A DNA stretch of 64,000 bases from Eledone cirrhosa (Eukaryota): the NCBI GenBank assembly GCA_964016885.1, contig OZ024753.1, positions 33,852,001 through 33,916,000 on the forward strand. The letters are read 5' to 3'. A program made the translations under genes and the position numbers. A model generated the notes under the pieces. That model saw only the letters and a list, made by a program, of their open reading frames with translations. It was not told where the DNA came from and did not search any database. Numbering within the stretch: the first letter of the stretch is position 1; each line of letters begins with the position of its first letter. This document shows, piece after piece, positions 41,290 to 59,306 of the stretch.

Positions 41290-43610
41290 CACACAGATAT
41301 ATACACGCTCTGCATATATAATATATATATATATTGTTATATTTGGGAATGGCCATGTTGGCAATATTGCCAAAAGATTATATATATATATATACATGTA
41401 TGTATGCATGTATGTTTGTATGTATGCATGTACGTATGTATGCATGTATGTGTTGCTTTGTCTCAAGTAACACGTTTGTATGTATAGTGGGTTGTGTAGT
41501 GGTTTTAGTTGCGCGTAGTTCCGGTAAGTAAGAAATGAGGGTGAAGTTAGACGTGAGGTCAGATGAGTGAGCTATAGGGAGCTTATACTATATACTATAA
41601 ACCCTTCCTCTGTGCAGGGATAAGACGTCTGAGACAGCGTTGACAGACTACAACCACCTCCATCTCCTTACAAAGAGACAGGTTTTCTATCTTCTCAACA
41701 CAATTGTGTCAAGAATAAAAGCAGCATGGGTATTGAACTCACAATTCTTTTACTTCAGTAATCAAACTTACTCGTGAATAAGATTAGGCTATCAGAAAAA
41801 AACCCTGAAAACATTATCAACAATGAGGAAACTTCGACGACGAGGTTATAGATAATGTTATGTTTTATTGGTTTTGTTATTGAATCTAAATTTAGTGAAG
41901 TATAATAGACATTTTTTTATAGTTTCCCGAATTACCTATACAGATTAATACCTCCTTCCTTGCATTTATAAATTGAATTTCATTAGATGCTGGAAGATAT
42001 GAGCTGATTAACATTCCAACGTATGTCAGTTTATAAACACCTTTATCTATTGCAAACTTTCAGATTATTAACATTAACAACTCTTATCATAAAACTTCCC
42101 TCAAACAAAATCCAGTGTGTAAATACCGTTTATTATTTATCCTTGCCTAAATGTATTTGACAGGCGCATATTAGATACATTACTGCATTAGGCATCGCAA
42201 TCTGAAATAACTCGTCAAATTGTCAAATATTTAATCCCCTGTAGCGTATTAAAATCACTATTAGAATAGAAACTAAATATTCTCAGAATACATTTTCTGT
42301 TGGTAATTATATAACACAGAAATATTATCTATTCTCTTGCAGTAAGTAGGGGGCCTCTATATGAGCGCTCAATATGCTAGAAATAGCCACCATATCTCGC
42401 TCAAAATCACATCCTACCGTTTTAAATATGGAAACAGCACTTTCAATAATGCAATTCTGATTATCCCTAAGAAATACGGTATCGTCATTAGAGGAATGAT
42501 TTAATCATAGTTCTACTCGATTGGGAGTTGACCTGTGGTTAAAAGAAATAACAATATTCCTCATCACGATCTCGCCTTAGACACCTAGAATGAAGATCAC
42601 TTTGTTGTATTAGGGTCTTTCTTCCTAATATCAATTTGTGAGGCCTTGAAAATGGTGATCACATTGTTGCTGCCCTTCCCCCTCTAATTAAAACATTTAA
42701 ATTAAAAAAGTCTATTGATAATGAAGAAGTAATAAAGTTATATAGACGAGGAATTGACCCCAGTACTGGACTGGTACTATTTTATCGACCTCAAAAGGAT
42801 GAAAGGCAAAGTTGACCTCAGTGGGGTTGGAACTCAGAGAGCAGAAAGCCAGATCGACTCATTAACATTTGTAAACTTGTACACAAATACTTGTACACTG
42901 CCTTCTATCGGTTAGTTATTCCTAAACTCTGTGAATCAATAAACTATTTTGTATACTAATTAAATATCAATGCGACATTATTCAGTTTGTAAGTGTACAA
43001 AACTGCCAGAACACAAGGCCATTTAAAAGAAATGATGTTCTTTTCTTGAGAACATGTATAATGCATAAATATCGTTAAGTATTCTTCCTTCGAATCATTA
43101 TCATTAAATGGACTGAAGTGCTTAGCAAATAACGTTACTAATTACTATGTTTGCTGATGTATTGTTTTTAACTGGCTTAATTTACTAATGGGATTTCTTG
43201 TGTTTGAGTAAACATTTAAATTTATTTATTTTATCAGTAAAATTTATTTCCTTGAAATCTTGATGAAGATCTGCATAACATTCTGCCAAGATGTAACACA
43301 TTCTCATACATTCTAACACTAATAAAACTGATAGGTCACATATGCAACACAGTCTAACACAAAACAGGTATAAGTCACATACTTACACGAAGCACATATG
43401 AGACACATGGAATACATACATAGAGAAAATAAAACAATGATAGGTCACATATGTAACACAACCTAACACATTTTAACACAAACAAAAACAGGTATAAGTC
43501 ACGAACGTAACACATTCTAATAAAAGTAAAGAAATACTTTCAGTAACAAATACATACACCCCATAGTTGTCATGTGTTTATTGCTTTCATATAATTTTGC
43601 CCTACTCTAG

Positions 43611-43978
43611 GGCAGAGGATTGGCAGTATAGGTAGGACGTCGGATAACATGCTTTGTGGCATATAGCTACGACTCTTTACGTTCTGAAATCAAATCCCAC
43701 CGAGGTTAGCTTTGCCTTTCCTCGTTACGAGGTCTCTAAAATAACCCACTGGGGTCGATTTAATCGACTTTCCCCTCCCCCAAAAAATTATTTGCCTTTC
43801 CTCCTTACGAGGTCTCTAAAATAATGCAGTGAGATCGATTTAATCGACTCTCCCCTCCCCAAAAAAATTATTTGCCTTTCCTCCTTACGAGGTCTCTAAA
43901 ATAATGCACTGAGATCGATTTAATCGACTTTCCCCTCCCCCCAAAAAAACTGGCTTTCTGCCTAAATCAGAAACCATT
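43611..43978 (+). mobile_element. Diverged SINE with ~80-bp internal triplication
   Basis: TTTGCCTTTCCT...TTACGAGGTCTCTAAAATA...TCGATTTAATCGACT three times. Confidence 0.75.
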
Positions 43979-44190
43979 ACTTTACCATATTCTAATCCCA
44001 CCATTATATTTGCTATGCCCATTTTACCGGCTTTCTCATTATTTTTTAATTATATAACGTTTTGATTTTTGTTATATAATTAACTCTTAGAATATCTTCC
44101 CAGGTTTATTATATACTTGATGGCAAACATTCTGCTATAATATATTTGTGTTATTTTGTTTAAGTATGATAAAATGTGATTAATTGTTTT

Positions 44191-44237
<47 letters not shown>

Positions 44238-46864
44238 GAATTTATGTGTTTAAAATACGTGAGTAATTTACAATAAATTTATTAATAATTAGTAAACCGT
44301 TAGAAAATTAAATGCAGCGTAGCTTTTGTGAAAATATTAGTTTAAGAATAATAAAATAATTCTGTTTCTTTTGTTTTACTCTCCCTCGTCTTTCATTTCC
44401 CTCTTTATATATTTCTATCTTTTCTCTATCTCTGTATTACTGTCTCTATATATCTATCTCTATCTATCTATTCTCTATCTCTGTATTACTGTCTCTATAT
44501 ATCTATCTCTATCTATCTATTCTCTATCTCTGTATTACTGTCTCTATATATCTATTTGCTTGGCTATTTCTGTATATGTTTCTAATCCGCTCTCCTTCTC
44601 TATTTCATTCTCTCTATATACCTCTCTCTTTCATCCTCGCTCTCTCCCTCTTTCCCCTTCTCTCTTTCTCTCTCTCTCTCTCTCAATCTATTTTTCTCTC
44701 TCCCTCTCTCGGTCTGTTTGTCTTTCATTCTCTCTCTCAATCTGTCTTTCTCTCTCTCTCTCAATCTGTTTGTCCCTCTCTCTCTCTCTCAATGTGTTTG
44801 TCTTTCTTTCTCTCTCTTTCCCTCGCTTTCTCTCTCCGAAGACATTGAATCACTGGAGCAAATGAAAAAAAGCAAAAGATAATATATAATGAGAAGAATT
44901 ATAAAAACATATAAAAGTCCAATCCATGTCAGCATGGACAGTGGACGTAAATTGATAATGATGATGATCATGATGATGATGATGATGATAACTTCGACGC
45001 CAATTATGATGATCATCATAGTCAGGATGATTACTAAATATTGAAATCTGTAATAAAGAGAATAACACGAAATTTCCAAACTAAATTAAACGAAAAAAAA
45101 TATTACAATTAATTTAAGGAAGAACTAAACGAAAATATAAAAATAACAAAGGGCACTGGCTCCAAATTGATGTGTTTGTTGCCCAGTGGTCAACTAATGC
45201 AATATTAGAATAGTCATTTGTTTTTTAGTTATTTGTGTTTACTAAAGAGCCACTTAATTGTCAGAAAATGAATTGTAAATGTTTGGACAATTGTGGAGAA
45301 GCTTCAAGAAAATTAAGCAAAAAATAATTAATTGCTTTCTTAATTTTACGTTTTCTAATTTCAATTTGTTGTTTTAATTTTGGTGGATTTGATTTGATTT
45401 TGTTTCCACTACACTAGAATATTTATTGTTGGATATTGTTGGCGACAAATTAACTAAGTTGTTAGAGCGTAGCACAAAATGCGTTCAGATTTATGTGGCT
45501 CTCTGTGCTCTGAGTTCAAATCCCACAGAGGTCTGCTTTTTTTTTTTCTTTTCTTCTCCCGGTGTCGATCAAATAAATTACCAATCTATGTCAGTGATTG
45601 GGTAGATTGGCTGGGTTGTTAAAGAGTCGAACAAGACATTTTGTGATATTTATTTTGGCTATCTACATTCTGAATTCAAATCCTGCTGTGACCTTCTTTT
45701 GTGATATATTTAATTACTCGCCCGGTTTAACACCACGGCTTTTCCCTTGGGTGACTTTAGTGGAACACATTCTGTTGCAAGCATTTGGACCAAGTCTCTG
45801 GTTTGTGGATAGCTTTCCGCATTCTCTTCATAAGTCTTAGAACCCCCGAACAGTCTTCTATATCCTCCGTTGCTACATAGTAAGACATTTGATTTTGTCG
45901 TTCTTTTGTACGATTTAGTTTAGAAAGAAGCTAACTGAATAAAGTTTATATGAAAATAAGTACCAGTTGTATACTGAATTTATGAGTCGATTAATTATAG
46001 TATTCACCATGTAGCCTTCATCGCTGTAAATTAAATATCTGATTCCATCTGCTTTTAATCCAAAATTCTAGTTAATATAACCCTATTTATTATACTTGCT
46101 ATTCTTGCCTGGTGAAAATTAATATATAATGAATTGAAAAGATTTCAATTTCCAGAAGACCTGAGGGATTTCAAAAGTTGAATCCAAACAATTCTAGTTT
46201 AATCAAACATTTTGGATAATTTAAATTTTATTTTGATATTCTTTTTATTAAATCTAAAATGCATTGGAATATCCAATTTCAATTTTTAATTTTTCCAGGA
46301 TTCTGTTTAGATATTTGTTTTAGTTTACGAAAGATATTTCAGGCAATTAAACAACCCACGTATATAAAATAAGTATTCAGGCAATTACGCAACCTGCATA
46401 TATAAAATAAGTACCAGTTTTATACTGGGTAGACTCAATTAATTATAGTCTTCTCCATTCTATATGTAACCTACATCATTGGAATATATTACAGATTTCA
46501 TCTGTTTTTATCCTGAAACTTCAGATCATGGAAACATATTATATTTTATGTATATTTGAAACGATTACATAAACACGGTAGGCAGTGACAGTGGGAGTTT
46601 GGTTCTTTTGTGTTCGGACCTGGTGTATATTTAAATAAAATTGTTTTATATTTCCTTGGGTCGTTTAGTAAATGAATGGATAAACAAACTGTCAAAGAGA
46701 TGAGCAGATAAAAAGATAAGAAATGGATAGACAGACAGATAAACAGATAGTTAAATTCGGGAAAGCGTAACTTGCTGTGTAGTTAGTTATTATGGTGATA
46801 TAATCTGTCTTTCCCATACAGTCTCATTATATTACTGTCTCAACGTTTCTGATAAAAAAACAGT

Positions 46865-46940
46865 TTCGGTTTGCGAACATTCCGGGTGACGAACGGCCTT
46901 CAGGAACGAATTGAATTCGTGAAACGAGATTCCACTGTAT
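46865..46940. mobile_element. Tigger/pogo-like terminal remnant
   Basis: Ends ...TTCGTGAAACGAGATTCCACTG-TA; no partner TIR found. Confidence 0.45.
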
Positions 46941-48600
46941 ATACTTATTATATTTCTTCATCTACTAACTGACACACATAGCCACATAGTTTTAGTAGCA
47001 ATGGTGTCTTTGAGAGTGATGTGTTAATATCTCAATTTCTAATCATCTTTATCTTAAAGGAAAATGTTTGATGTAAAAAGGAAAGGTTAAAATATATTCA
47101 AACATTTGCCAAGTTTATATGTTGCAGCTGCTACATACAGAAGTAAGTTATATATATAATCGTAGAAAAAATATGTATTACACTGTATCGAGCAAGTTAC
47201 TAAATATATCGATTTCCCTCGCAACTTGACTCTTGCTATAAAATGATTTATGAGTAAAAACTTGAAGTAAACGGGATGTCATATGTTTAGCCTGGGGATA
47301 GTAGTAATACGGAGTCATTAGTAAAATCTGCTGTTATTAATGATCCAGTGAAAGTAGCATGATTTTATTTTGAATCCCAAATAACAGCCGAAGCCGTTCA
47401 GATGGCGAGAGATGTAAATAAAAGAATCAGGAAGTAATGAAAATTAAGATGTAATAGAATAATTGAACCATTAAAATGTTCAGCAAAATCAGAGTGACGA
47501 CTGAGTACATGGAATATTTTCTTTCGGTAGAAGGAGGATGAGGAATTAGGATATCAAAGAACCACTCTAAAACACCCCATTGTTACAAAAGTTATTTACA
47601 CACAAATATATTTGCTCCTGTTGCTTCAATTAACAGAATGTCATGCTCGTGAAATTACATGTAGCATTCTGGATTCTGGACGGAGATTCATCGTAATACA
47701 ATGTGTGACAAGTTTGTCCCCTTCACTTAAAGATACAACTCATTTTTGCCAGCTGAGTGGACTGGGGCTCAAGGACACAACGCCCTACTTATGAAAATTA
47801 ACAAAGATGAGACAAGGCAACGAACGAAAACAAGGCAAAATGAAAAACAATTTTTTTAAAGGGAAAACCTTAAAAAATATTTTTTGAAAATAAAAATACA
47901 AACGAATGGTACAGAACTCGAGGGTCATCAGCCATTGAGAGGGAGACATTTTGAGGAATTAGATCGATTTAATAGTAGAGAAACAGTAAAGCCAACATAA
48001 TTTACCGATCCAGTTTCCTATAAACTGCTCTGGGCAGGTTGAAACTCGTTCGTGAGAAACATGTTACGAAGCACATCATATCGAATCATTTAGAGGAAAC
48101 CTTCATCCATATAACACAGACAGACAGATAGCCATCAAGGGACATGTACAGGTTCCAAGAGTTAAACTTTCGAAAAAGAGTTGGGATACTTACAGATCTA
48201 ATCATCTGGACCAGAAAATATTGGTTGGATAAAACCAATTGGTTGGATGTTGACGAAAATATTCGGGTTTCTACCGCCAAAACACTATGCTAACCATCGG
48301 TATTAAAGCTGAGATTTTGCAAATTAGGACCTGTGGCAGTTTTCAACATGTGTGCAATATAACAGCAATTAATGTCGAGTCCACGGTGTGGCAATAACTG
48401 CGACAGCTATCCACTGATATTAGACAGAATAGGGCTGTTAGGAGGTACTAAACATATCAGCAGCAGCCCATCCAATCGAAACCATCTCACTTGGCATAGT
48501 AATACTTCCAATTATATATATATACTATATATATATAGAGAGAGAGAGAGATAGATAGATAGATATAGATATATAGATATAGATATATATATATATATAT

Positions 48601-49025
48601 CGGTGCACCCGGCCGATTAACCCACTCGATATGCAAATTGGGCTACTCAGCCGTTAATATGCATAAGGTAAGTATATACGTTCAACAATCTGGCAGGAAG
48701 GTATACGTTGCTGACGATAGCTAATAAGCTTGAAACTAGTACAGCGTTCCTTTGTCAGTGTTGAACAAACGAGCAACGATGGTTGCTAGACACTACGGCT
48801 TAATACGGGATGTTTGTTTACAAACACACCGAGCATTATAATAAATGATTCGGTGAATCTATACGTACATATATATATATATATATATGTGCATGTATGT
48901 ATATATATATACATATACATACTACTGTACGTCTGTATACATATATGTATGTACGTGTACATACTTATATTTAAGTAACAGCCGTACTAAGAGTGGGAAA
49001 TGAAATTTCGTTTCATTTTTTTCCG

Positions 49026-49026
<1 letters not shown>
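48601..49026 (+). mobile_element. Near unit-length monomer of the family C hammerhead element between TA tracts
   Basis: Collinear with one period of the 2962-3551 array. Confidence 0.85.
48705..48747 (+). ncRNA. Type I minimal hammerhead motif (family C)
   Basis: ACGTTG CTGACGA T AGCT-AATA-AGCT T GAA AC-TA-GT A CAGCGT. Confidence 0.78.
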
Positions 49027-49082
<56 letters not shown>

Positions 49083-49187
49083 TATTTTAATAAATATTTG
49101 CTCTATGGTTTTATATATTTTTATATATATATATATCATCATTGTCGAGCCCTCTTCGGATTTTTGTCTTCACATTTATTATTATTA

Positions 49188-49238
<51 letters not shown>

Positions 49239-50289
49239 CATATATGCCATCACACAGAGTAATAGTAAGAAATACAACACAAAGGTGTAGACAACAGAAA
49301 ACTTCTAATTAGACATATGTGTTTTCATTCATGAAAATGTAGCTACTTGCTGCTGTATTCTTCTGTACATAATATCCTATTCTCTATTACATCTTTCAGA
49401 ATTTAATTTAGCTTCGAGGGATTGAAAATATTCAGCATTGCAAATATATAATGTGATTATACTGCGAAATGTTCTAAAGATTTCTGGAAAATGAATTACG
49501 TTAAAAAAAGTTATTAGTTTTTGATAAAAGTCATTAAGAGGCTATTGAATATTTATTATGGTTGACTGCAGATTTGGACTTAAGAATAAAAATATTGTTT
49601 TGGATACCATGCTGTTATATAGAGATAATAAATATGTGATATATTTTTTTTTAAATATACTAAAGTATTTTCGTATTCATGTGGGGTAATATTAATTAAT
49701 TAGCATATGTTTTAATGGCTATGTTTTGGCCATTACGTAACAGCAAAATATTTAACAAAAATGATTAAATTTACTTTGCAATATTAGTTAGTTGTATATG
49801 GTTGCTAAGGATACTAACCTACAAACCAAGCTATCATACGTATAATACAAAGGTATCTGGCCACAAGGCAAAAGCCTGCGTAAAAAAGGTTAAACACATT
49901 GCAGAACGGCTGTTCTTTCATGCAACAGCATCTTCAAAGATTCAAGCAGAAAGACAATAAACAGTAATAATAGACAGGTTGTACAATGATAATGCATGCA
50001 ATCAATACATTCATACGCAAGCATACACTTATTCACAAGAATATACACTCACACACACACAAATACACATATATAACATTTTCTGGTTTATTTTCATCGG
50101 CACAGAATAAACAACCTGGTCCTCAGATCTAACGAAACGTACGTACCTGTATGAACGTATATATCTGTGTTATGTATGTGTTGTGTATATATCTATGTAT
50201 GTATCTATATAAATATGCATGTATGTATTTATGTAGTATGGATGGATGGATAGATAAATGGAGGCTTGAATGTATATATATATATATAC

Positions 50290-50399
<110 letters not shown>

Positions 50400-50752
50400 G
50401 TATATATGTATAGCGGTATGTATATAAAGATGCACGGATGTATAGAAGTATGTATGTATTTATATGCCTCTATGTGTGTGTTTGTGTGTATGATGTGAAC
50501 ATAACTATGATCTATGCATGTATGCCTCTATGTATGTGTTTGTGTGTGTGTGATGGGAACGTGTGTGTGATATATGTCTCTATGAGTATATTTATTCAGT
50601 TTCTATATCATTCAAAATATAAGAAATATTATTCAGAAGTTAATTTGGCGCAACACAACATAATACAAATCGTACAAAGTTTTCCTACATTGTTATAGTG
50701 TACTTCCTTTATCATTCAATTTCTATCGACCGTCAGTAATATATATCAGAGT

Positions 50753-50818
<66 letters not shown>

Positions 50819-50899
50819 TATATATATATACATATTAATCTAAATCCTGGCGCAATATAATGAAGAATAGAGAAAATGCATGGATGAATTAATAAATAA

Positions 50900-53247
<2,348 letters not shown>

Positions 53248-53569
53248 GTGTGCAGAACAGAATACTAAGGAGCTAATACCATTACATTGAAAATATGCAG
53301 ATAAACGCATACATAAACACAAACACACACACACCCAACACACAAATACACACACACACATACATACCTTTTACATATTGATGCTAGTATTCTGTAAATA
53401 GGTTTGAATATTAAGCAGAACAGGAAGGAGATTGTAAAGAGGAGTACGTGTGAGTTGAATAACCCGGAGAAAAAGGATGGGAGTTGATAATGTATTTGTT
53501 GGAGTGACAAAGGCGAAAAAAGCATTGTAAGAAATATTGTAAACAGTTATATAGAAACCTTTTAAAAAA

Positions 53570-54225
53570 ATAATTGTTTCTACTTTTGGCACAAGGCCAT
53601 CAAATCACCAGTACATTACTGGTACTTTATTTTATCGACCCCGTAAGGATGAAAGGCAAAGTTAACCTCGGCGGGATTTGAACTCAGACCGCAAAGGGAC
53701 GTAACTATGCTGGAAAGCATGGCGTCCGACCCTCTACCGATACTGCCAATCCACCGCCCTCCTTTTAAAAAAAATAATTGTTTCTACTTTTTGACACAAG
53801 GCCAGCAATTATCCCAGTGCATTACTGGTACTTTATTTTATCGACCCCGTAAGGATGAATGGCAAAGTCAACCTCGGCGGGATTCGAACTCAGAATGGCA
53901 AGGGCCGTAACTCTATGCGTCAAAGCATGGCGTCAAAGCATGGCGTCAAAGCATGGCGTCCGACCCTCTACCAATACTGCCAATCCACCGTTCCTTTTAA
54001 AAAAATAATATCTGGAAATTCGTTAAATTGCAGCAATGCATTGACATAGAAGCCAAGTTTCAGCCAAATCTAATGTAACTAAGGACAAAGTAGAAAAGTA
54101 TTTAATATAATCTAGTGTTTAGTCTTGTAGGAAATATTATAAACAGTTATATAGAAACCTTTAAAAAAATAATTGTTTCTACTTTTGGCACAAGGCCAGC
54201 AATTATCCCAGTGTAATATTAGTAC
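53570..54225 (-). mobile_element. SINE cluster: two full tandem copies (53570-53760, 53775-53990) and a 3' fragment (54170-54225)
   Basis: Reverse complement of the 37096 SINE; flanking sequence 53531-53590 repeated at 54131-54190. Confidence 0.88.
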
Positions 54226-54621
54226 TTTAAAAAAATAATATCTGGAAAAGTATTTAATATAATCCAGGGTATCATATGTTTATTCTTTGTTTCATCCCAA
54301 TTCTGACGAAATGTTAGCAAGTTAGAAACCATGTTGTTTTTATGAAGCGAGCTTTTTTGTTCTCATTATCATTTCTTTGTCAATTCTAGTGCCATTGTTA
54401 TTTAACATATTATTGGTTTGTGTCAGTATCGAAATCCTATTTTCTGTGATCTTTATTTATTGATCACGGGTATTTATTGAATAGAGGGATTTATTGATTA
54501 CAGGTATTTATTGTCACAGGTATTGATATAACTTATTGGTAGTTAGTCGAATACTTCTGTAATCACGTGCCTCAGAGTAAATCAAGAATGTTGTCTACTA
54601 TTTATGTCTAAAGTCCCGTAA

Positions 54622-54687
<66 letters not shown>

Positions 54688-54873
54688 ATATGTATAAATC
54701 CATGTGTGTCCGAATATACATATACATATATATACACATGTAAATATACACATATATATATATATATTTGTGTGTGTATATATATATATATATGGTTTGT
54801 ATTGTATTGTATTGGCAACATGACCCTCCCAAAGTATAACAATATATATATATATACATATATGTATATATAC

Positions 54874-54921
<48 letters not shown>

Positions 54922-54975
54922 GTACATATATATATATACATATATATACATATATATATACATGTATATATATAT

Positions 54976-55023
<48 letters not shown>

Positions 55024-55133
55024 GTGTGAATGGGTGTTCATATGTTTAATATTAGACTATTTTCTACTACTACTACCACTACTATTATTACTACTACTTC
55101 TACTATTACAACTACTATTACTACTACCACTAT

Positions 55134-55184
<51 letters not shown>

Positions 55185-55879
55185 AACTATTACTAATACT
55201 AATACTAATACTTCTACTATTACTACTACTACTACTAATGACTGGTGGGGAAGAAGTGCTTCTCCCTCACAAATTCGATTATGAGCTGGTCGATGTCAAT
55301 TCACTGGTTTGTAGTAATTGTCTTCAGCTGTTGCTAATCAAGCTGATAATTGGATGTTCTTATGGATCCAATCTATTATGATATAAATGAAAGTTCGCCT
55401 GCGACTACCACCTTCGACGACAACAAGAATAGAGGGGGTTTTTTATGACATCGATAAACCTTCTCAAAAACATGGCGGTTCAGTCATTATCTCTTGGCTA
55501 CTAGATCGTTCAACAATAGCATACAACAATTATACCGCAAGACCTGCACGCTTGGTTGTAAGAGCTCCCTCTGGATTATTTATTTTTAACAGAGACATGA
55601 TTGACAGGCTGCTTAATCTCTGCCCATCAAAGATTCCTCCCAAGACATGTATAATCACGAACCTTTATTATGATCATAGGAGGAGATTCAGTATTTTTCT
55701 TTCCCTTTGTCTTGATACTTGTACACCTTTTGTGTTATTTACGTTCTAGAAAGACTATATATTGACAATATATTACCAGTGATATGAGCCCACAAGTCTA
55801 GTTCTGCAATATTTTATCAACAATATTTTATCAAAATGGTTTGTATCTTAGAGTATATAGATATAAATATAGGATTTTT

Positions 55880-55945
<66 letters not shown>

Positions 55946-56712
55946 CATACACATTTATATCTAATTACTTCTGCCTACATCCCTCCCCCTCTCCTGAGAG
56001 AGACAAAGAGAGACAAAGAGACAGACATAGAGAGACAGAGAGATGTATAATGCGGCTGTGTGGACGAATGTTTGTACATATATATATCATAAATAACTTC
56101 TGCGGCTTCTTCACTATATATATATATAATTATATATATAAATATATATATTTACATATACATAGGTGTGTGTACATACATAGGCATGTACACATGCATG
56201 TCTCTATGTGGTGTGTGTGTGTAGCTATTGTTTGTCTGTTTTTGTTGTTGTTTATTTTTTGGTATTTGAGGAAGAACTCTTAATGGAAGTCTGTTTCGGT
56301 GCAGAATTTCTGTCTCAGACAGAAAAGCGAAAAGCATAAGAAAAATAATTAACATCCTGAAATTCAGAATATCATTTTCCCCCATTAATTTCTGTCTTTA
56401 AAAGCAGGCGGAATTCGACACAGTGACAGCAGGCTAAAACCCGCTATTAGTGAAATACTCTTAATGTAATTCATATATCTATTCTAGATTGTAGATTGTA
56501 CATATATTGGCTGTCGGTTTCTACTTATATGTTATTTATCCTATTTTCCTTTCCCTTTCTCTGAACAGATTTGGCTTTTGAATTTTCTGTATATATTTTA
56601 TGTTTCCCCCTTTTTTTTATGATCCCTTGAAACGTTTGTTATGACATTTAATGTATAACCAATCAAGAATTCTACCTAATGTATCATTTTATATCTATTT
56701 CTAGTTCCATTG

Positions 56713-56772
<60 letters not shown>

Positions 56773-56827
56773 CATGAGGGTGAAAGCAGCGATTCTTTGC
56801 TTAAACTTTAATCTGTTATTTTAATAC

Positions 56828-56862
<35 letters not shown>

Positions 56863-56863
56863 C

Positions 56864-56897
<34 letters not shown>

Positions 56898-56929
56898 ACA
56901 TATATATATATATACGTATATATATATAC

Positions 56930-56974
<45 letters not shown>

Positions 56975-57097
56975 CATACATATATATATATACATATATA
57001 TATATACATATATATATACATATATACATATATATATATACATATATATATATACATATATATATATACATATATATATATACATATATATATATAC

Positions 57098-57128
<31 letters not shown>

Positions 57129-57249
57129 CATACATATATATATACATACATATATATATACATATATATATACATATATATATACATATATATATACATA
57201 TATATATACATATATATATACATATATATATACATACATATATATATAC

Positions 57250-57302
<53 letters not shown>

Positions 57303-57446
57303 CATATATATACATATATATATATACATATATATATATACATATATATACATATATATACATATATATACATATATATATACATATATATATACATATA
57401 TATATATACATACATATATATATATACATATACATACATATATATA

Positions 57447-58716
57447 TGGTGGCTGCCAACTCGTTTTCGAGTACGGCCACTACTTTATATCCATGTAGAA
57501 CCCCTACTGATGCGCTGAACGAGTGTGACTTTTTAGTCCAGCCAGCGACTTGAAAACTCTGGTACAAACACTACACTAGTGACAATTACTGACACATAGT
57601 GCTGGGCCCATGGTACCATGTGACGACAAGTGCAGAGAGATCTCCAGATATAAAGCAATGCCTGTGCCGTGAAGCTTTTATAGTGAGCAAAGGCACTGCA
57701 CAAAGCCAGTCCCACTCTCTTGACCAAGATGATATTTACCAAAAAGAAGAACAAGTCAACATCATTGGATACCATCAGGGTTGCAGGTGCTATATCAGAG
57801 TTTTCCTTCTCTTAGAATTCTGCCTTGACAAAGGCTAAGGGGTCATCTCTCCCGGTGATTTTGGATGGCCATTGACTCTTAAGAGCTCCTTTGCCCTTTG
57901 ACAGGTTTTGTATTTAGTCCTGCAGGATGTCCAAAGTCACCCTCCTCACCAAGAAACCTTGGTGGGGTTGCCAGTTTAGTCTCCAACGACCCGACCATGA
58001 GACAGGTTGTGCTGGGATACATGTTACCAGTAGCACCAACTGGTGACCTGACATATATACATACATATATATATACATATATACATACATATATACATAC
58101 ATATATACATGGTGGCTGCCAACTCGTTTTCGAGTACGGCCACTACTTTATATCCATGTAGAACCCCTACTGATGCGCTGAACGAGTGTGACTTTTTAGT
58201 CCAGCCAGCGACTTGAAAACTCTGGTACAAACACTACACTTGTGACAATTACTGACACATAGTGCTGGGCCCATGGTACCATGTGACGACAAGTGCAGAG
58301 AGATCTCCAGATATAAAGCAATGCCTGTGCCGTGAAGCTTTTATAGTGAGCAAAGGCACTGCACAAAGCCAGTCCCACTCTCTTGACCAAGATGATATTT
58401 ACCAAAAAGAAGAACAAGTCAACATCATTGGATACCATCAGGGTTGCAGGTGCTATATCAGAGTTTTCCTTCTCTTAGAATTCTGCCTTGACAAAGGCTA
58501 AGGGGTCATCTCTCCCGGTGATTTTGGATGGCCATTGACTCTTAAGAGCTCCTTTGCCCTTTGACAGGTTTTGTTTTTAGTCCTGCAGGATGTCCAAAGT
58601 CACCCTCCTCACCAAGAAACCTTGGTGGGGTTGCCAGTTTAGTCGCCAACGACCCGACCATGAGACAGGTTGTACTGGGATACATGTTACCAGTAGCACC
58701 AACTGGTGACCTGACA
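57447..58716 (-). mobile_element. Tandem pair of full-length 607-bp RTE-like non-autonomous elements (57447-58053, 58110-58716)
   Basis: About four differences seen between the two copies; same family as 27911-29015; embedded in (TA/TACA)n. Confidence 0.8.
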
Positions 58717-58816
58717 TATATATATACATATATATATACATACATATATATATACATATATATATACATACATATATATATATACATTCATATATACATA
58801 CATATATATATGTACA

Positions 58817-58866
<50 letters not shown>

Positions 58867-58908
58867 CATATATATATACATATATATATACATACATATA
58901 TATATACA

Positions 58909-58999
<91 letters not shown>

Positions 59000-59082
59000 A
59001 TACATATATATATATACATATACATATACATATATATATATATACATATATATACATATACATATATATATATACATTTATA

Positions 59083-59121
<39 letters not shown>

Positions 59122-59235
59122 GCATACATATATACATGCATACATATACTATATAAATACATGTACATATACAACAATACAACAATACAACAATACATAT
59201 ATATATATGCATACATTCATATATATATGTGTGTG

Positions 59236-59306
<71 letters not shown>

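Noticed and set aside
47900-48500. Higher-complexity stretch, possibly an old retroelement or exon
   Set aside because: No sustained ORF or motif I could recognise
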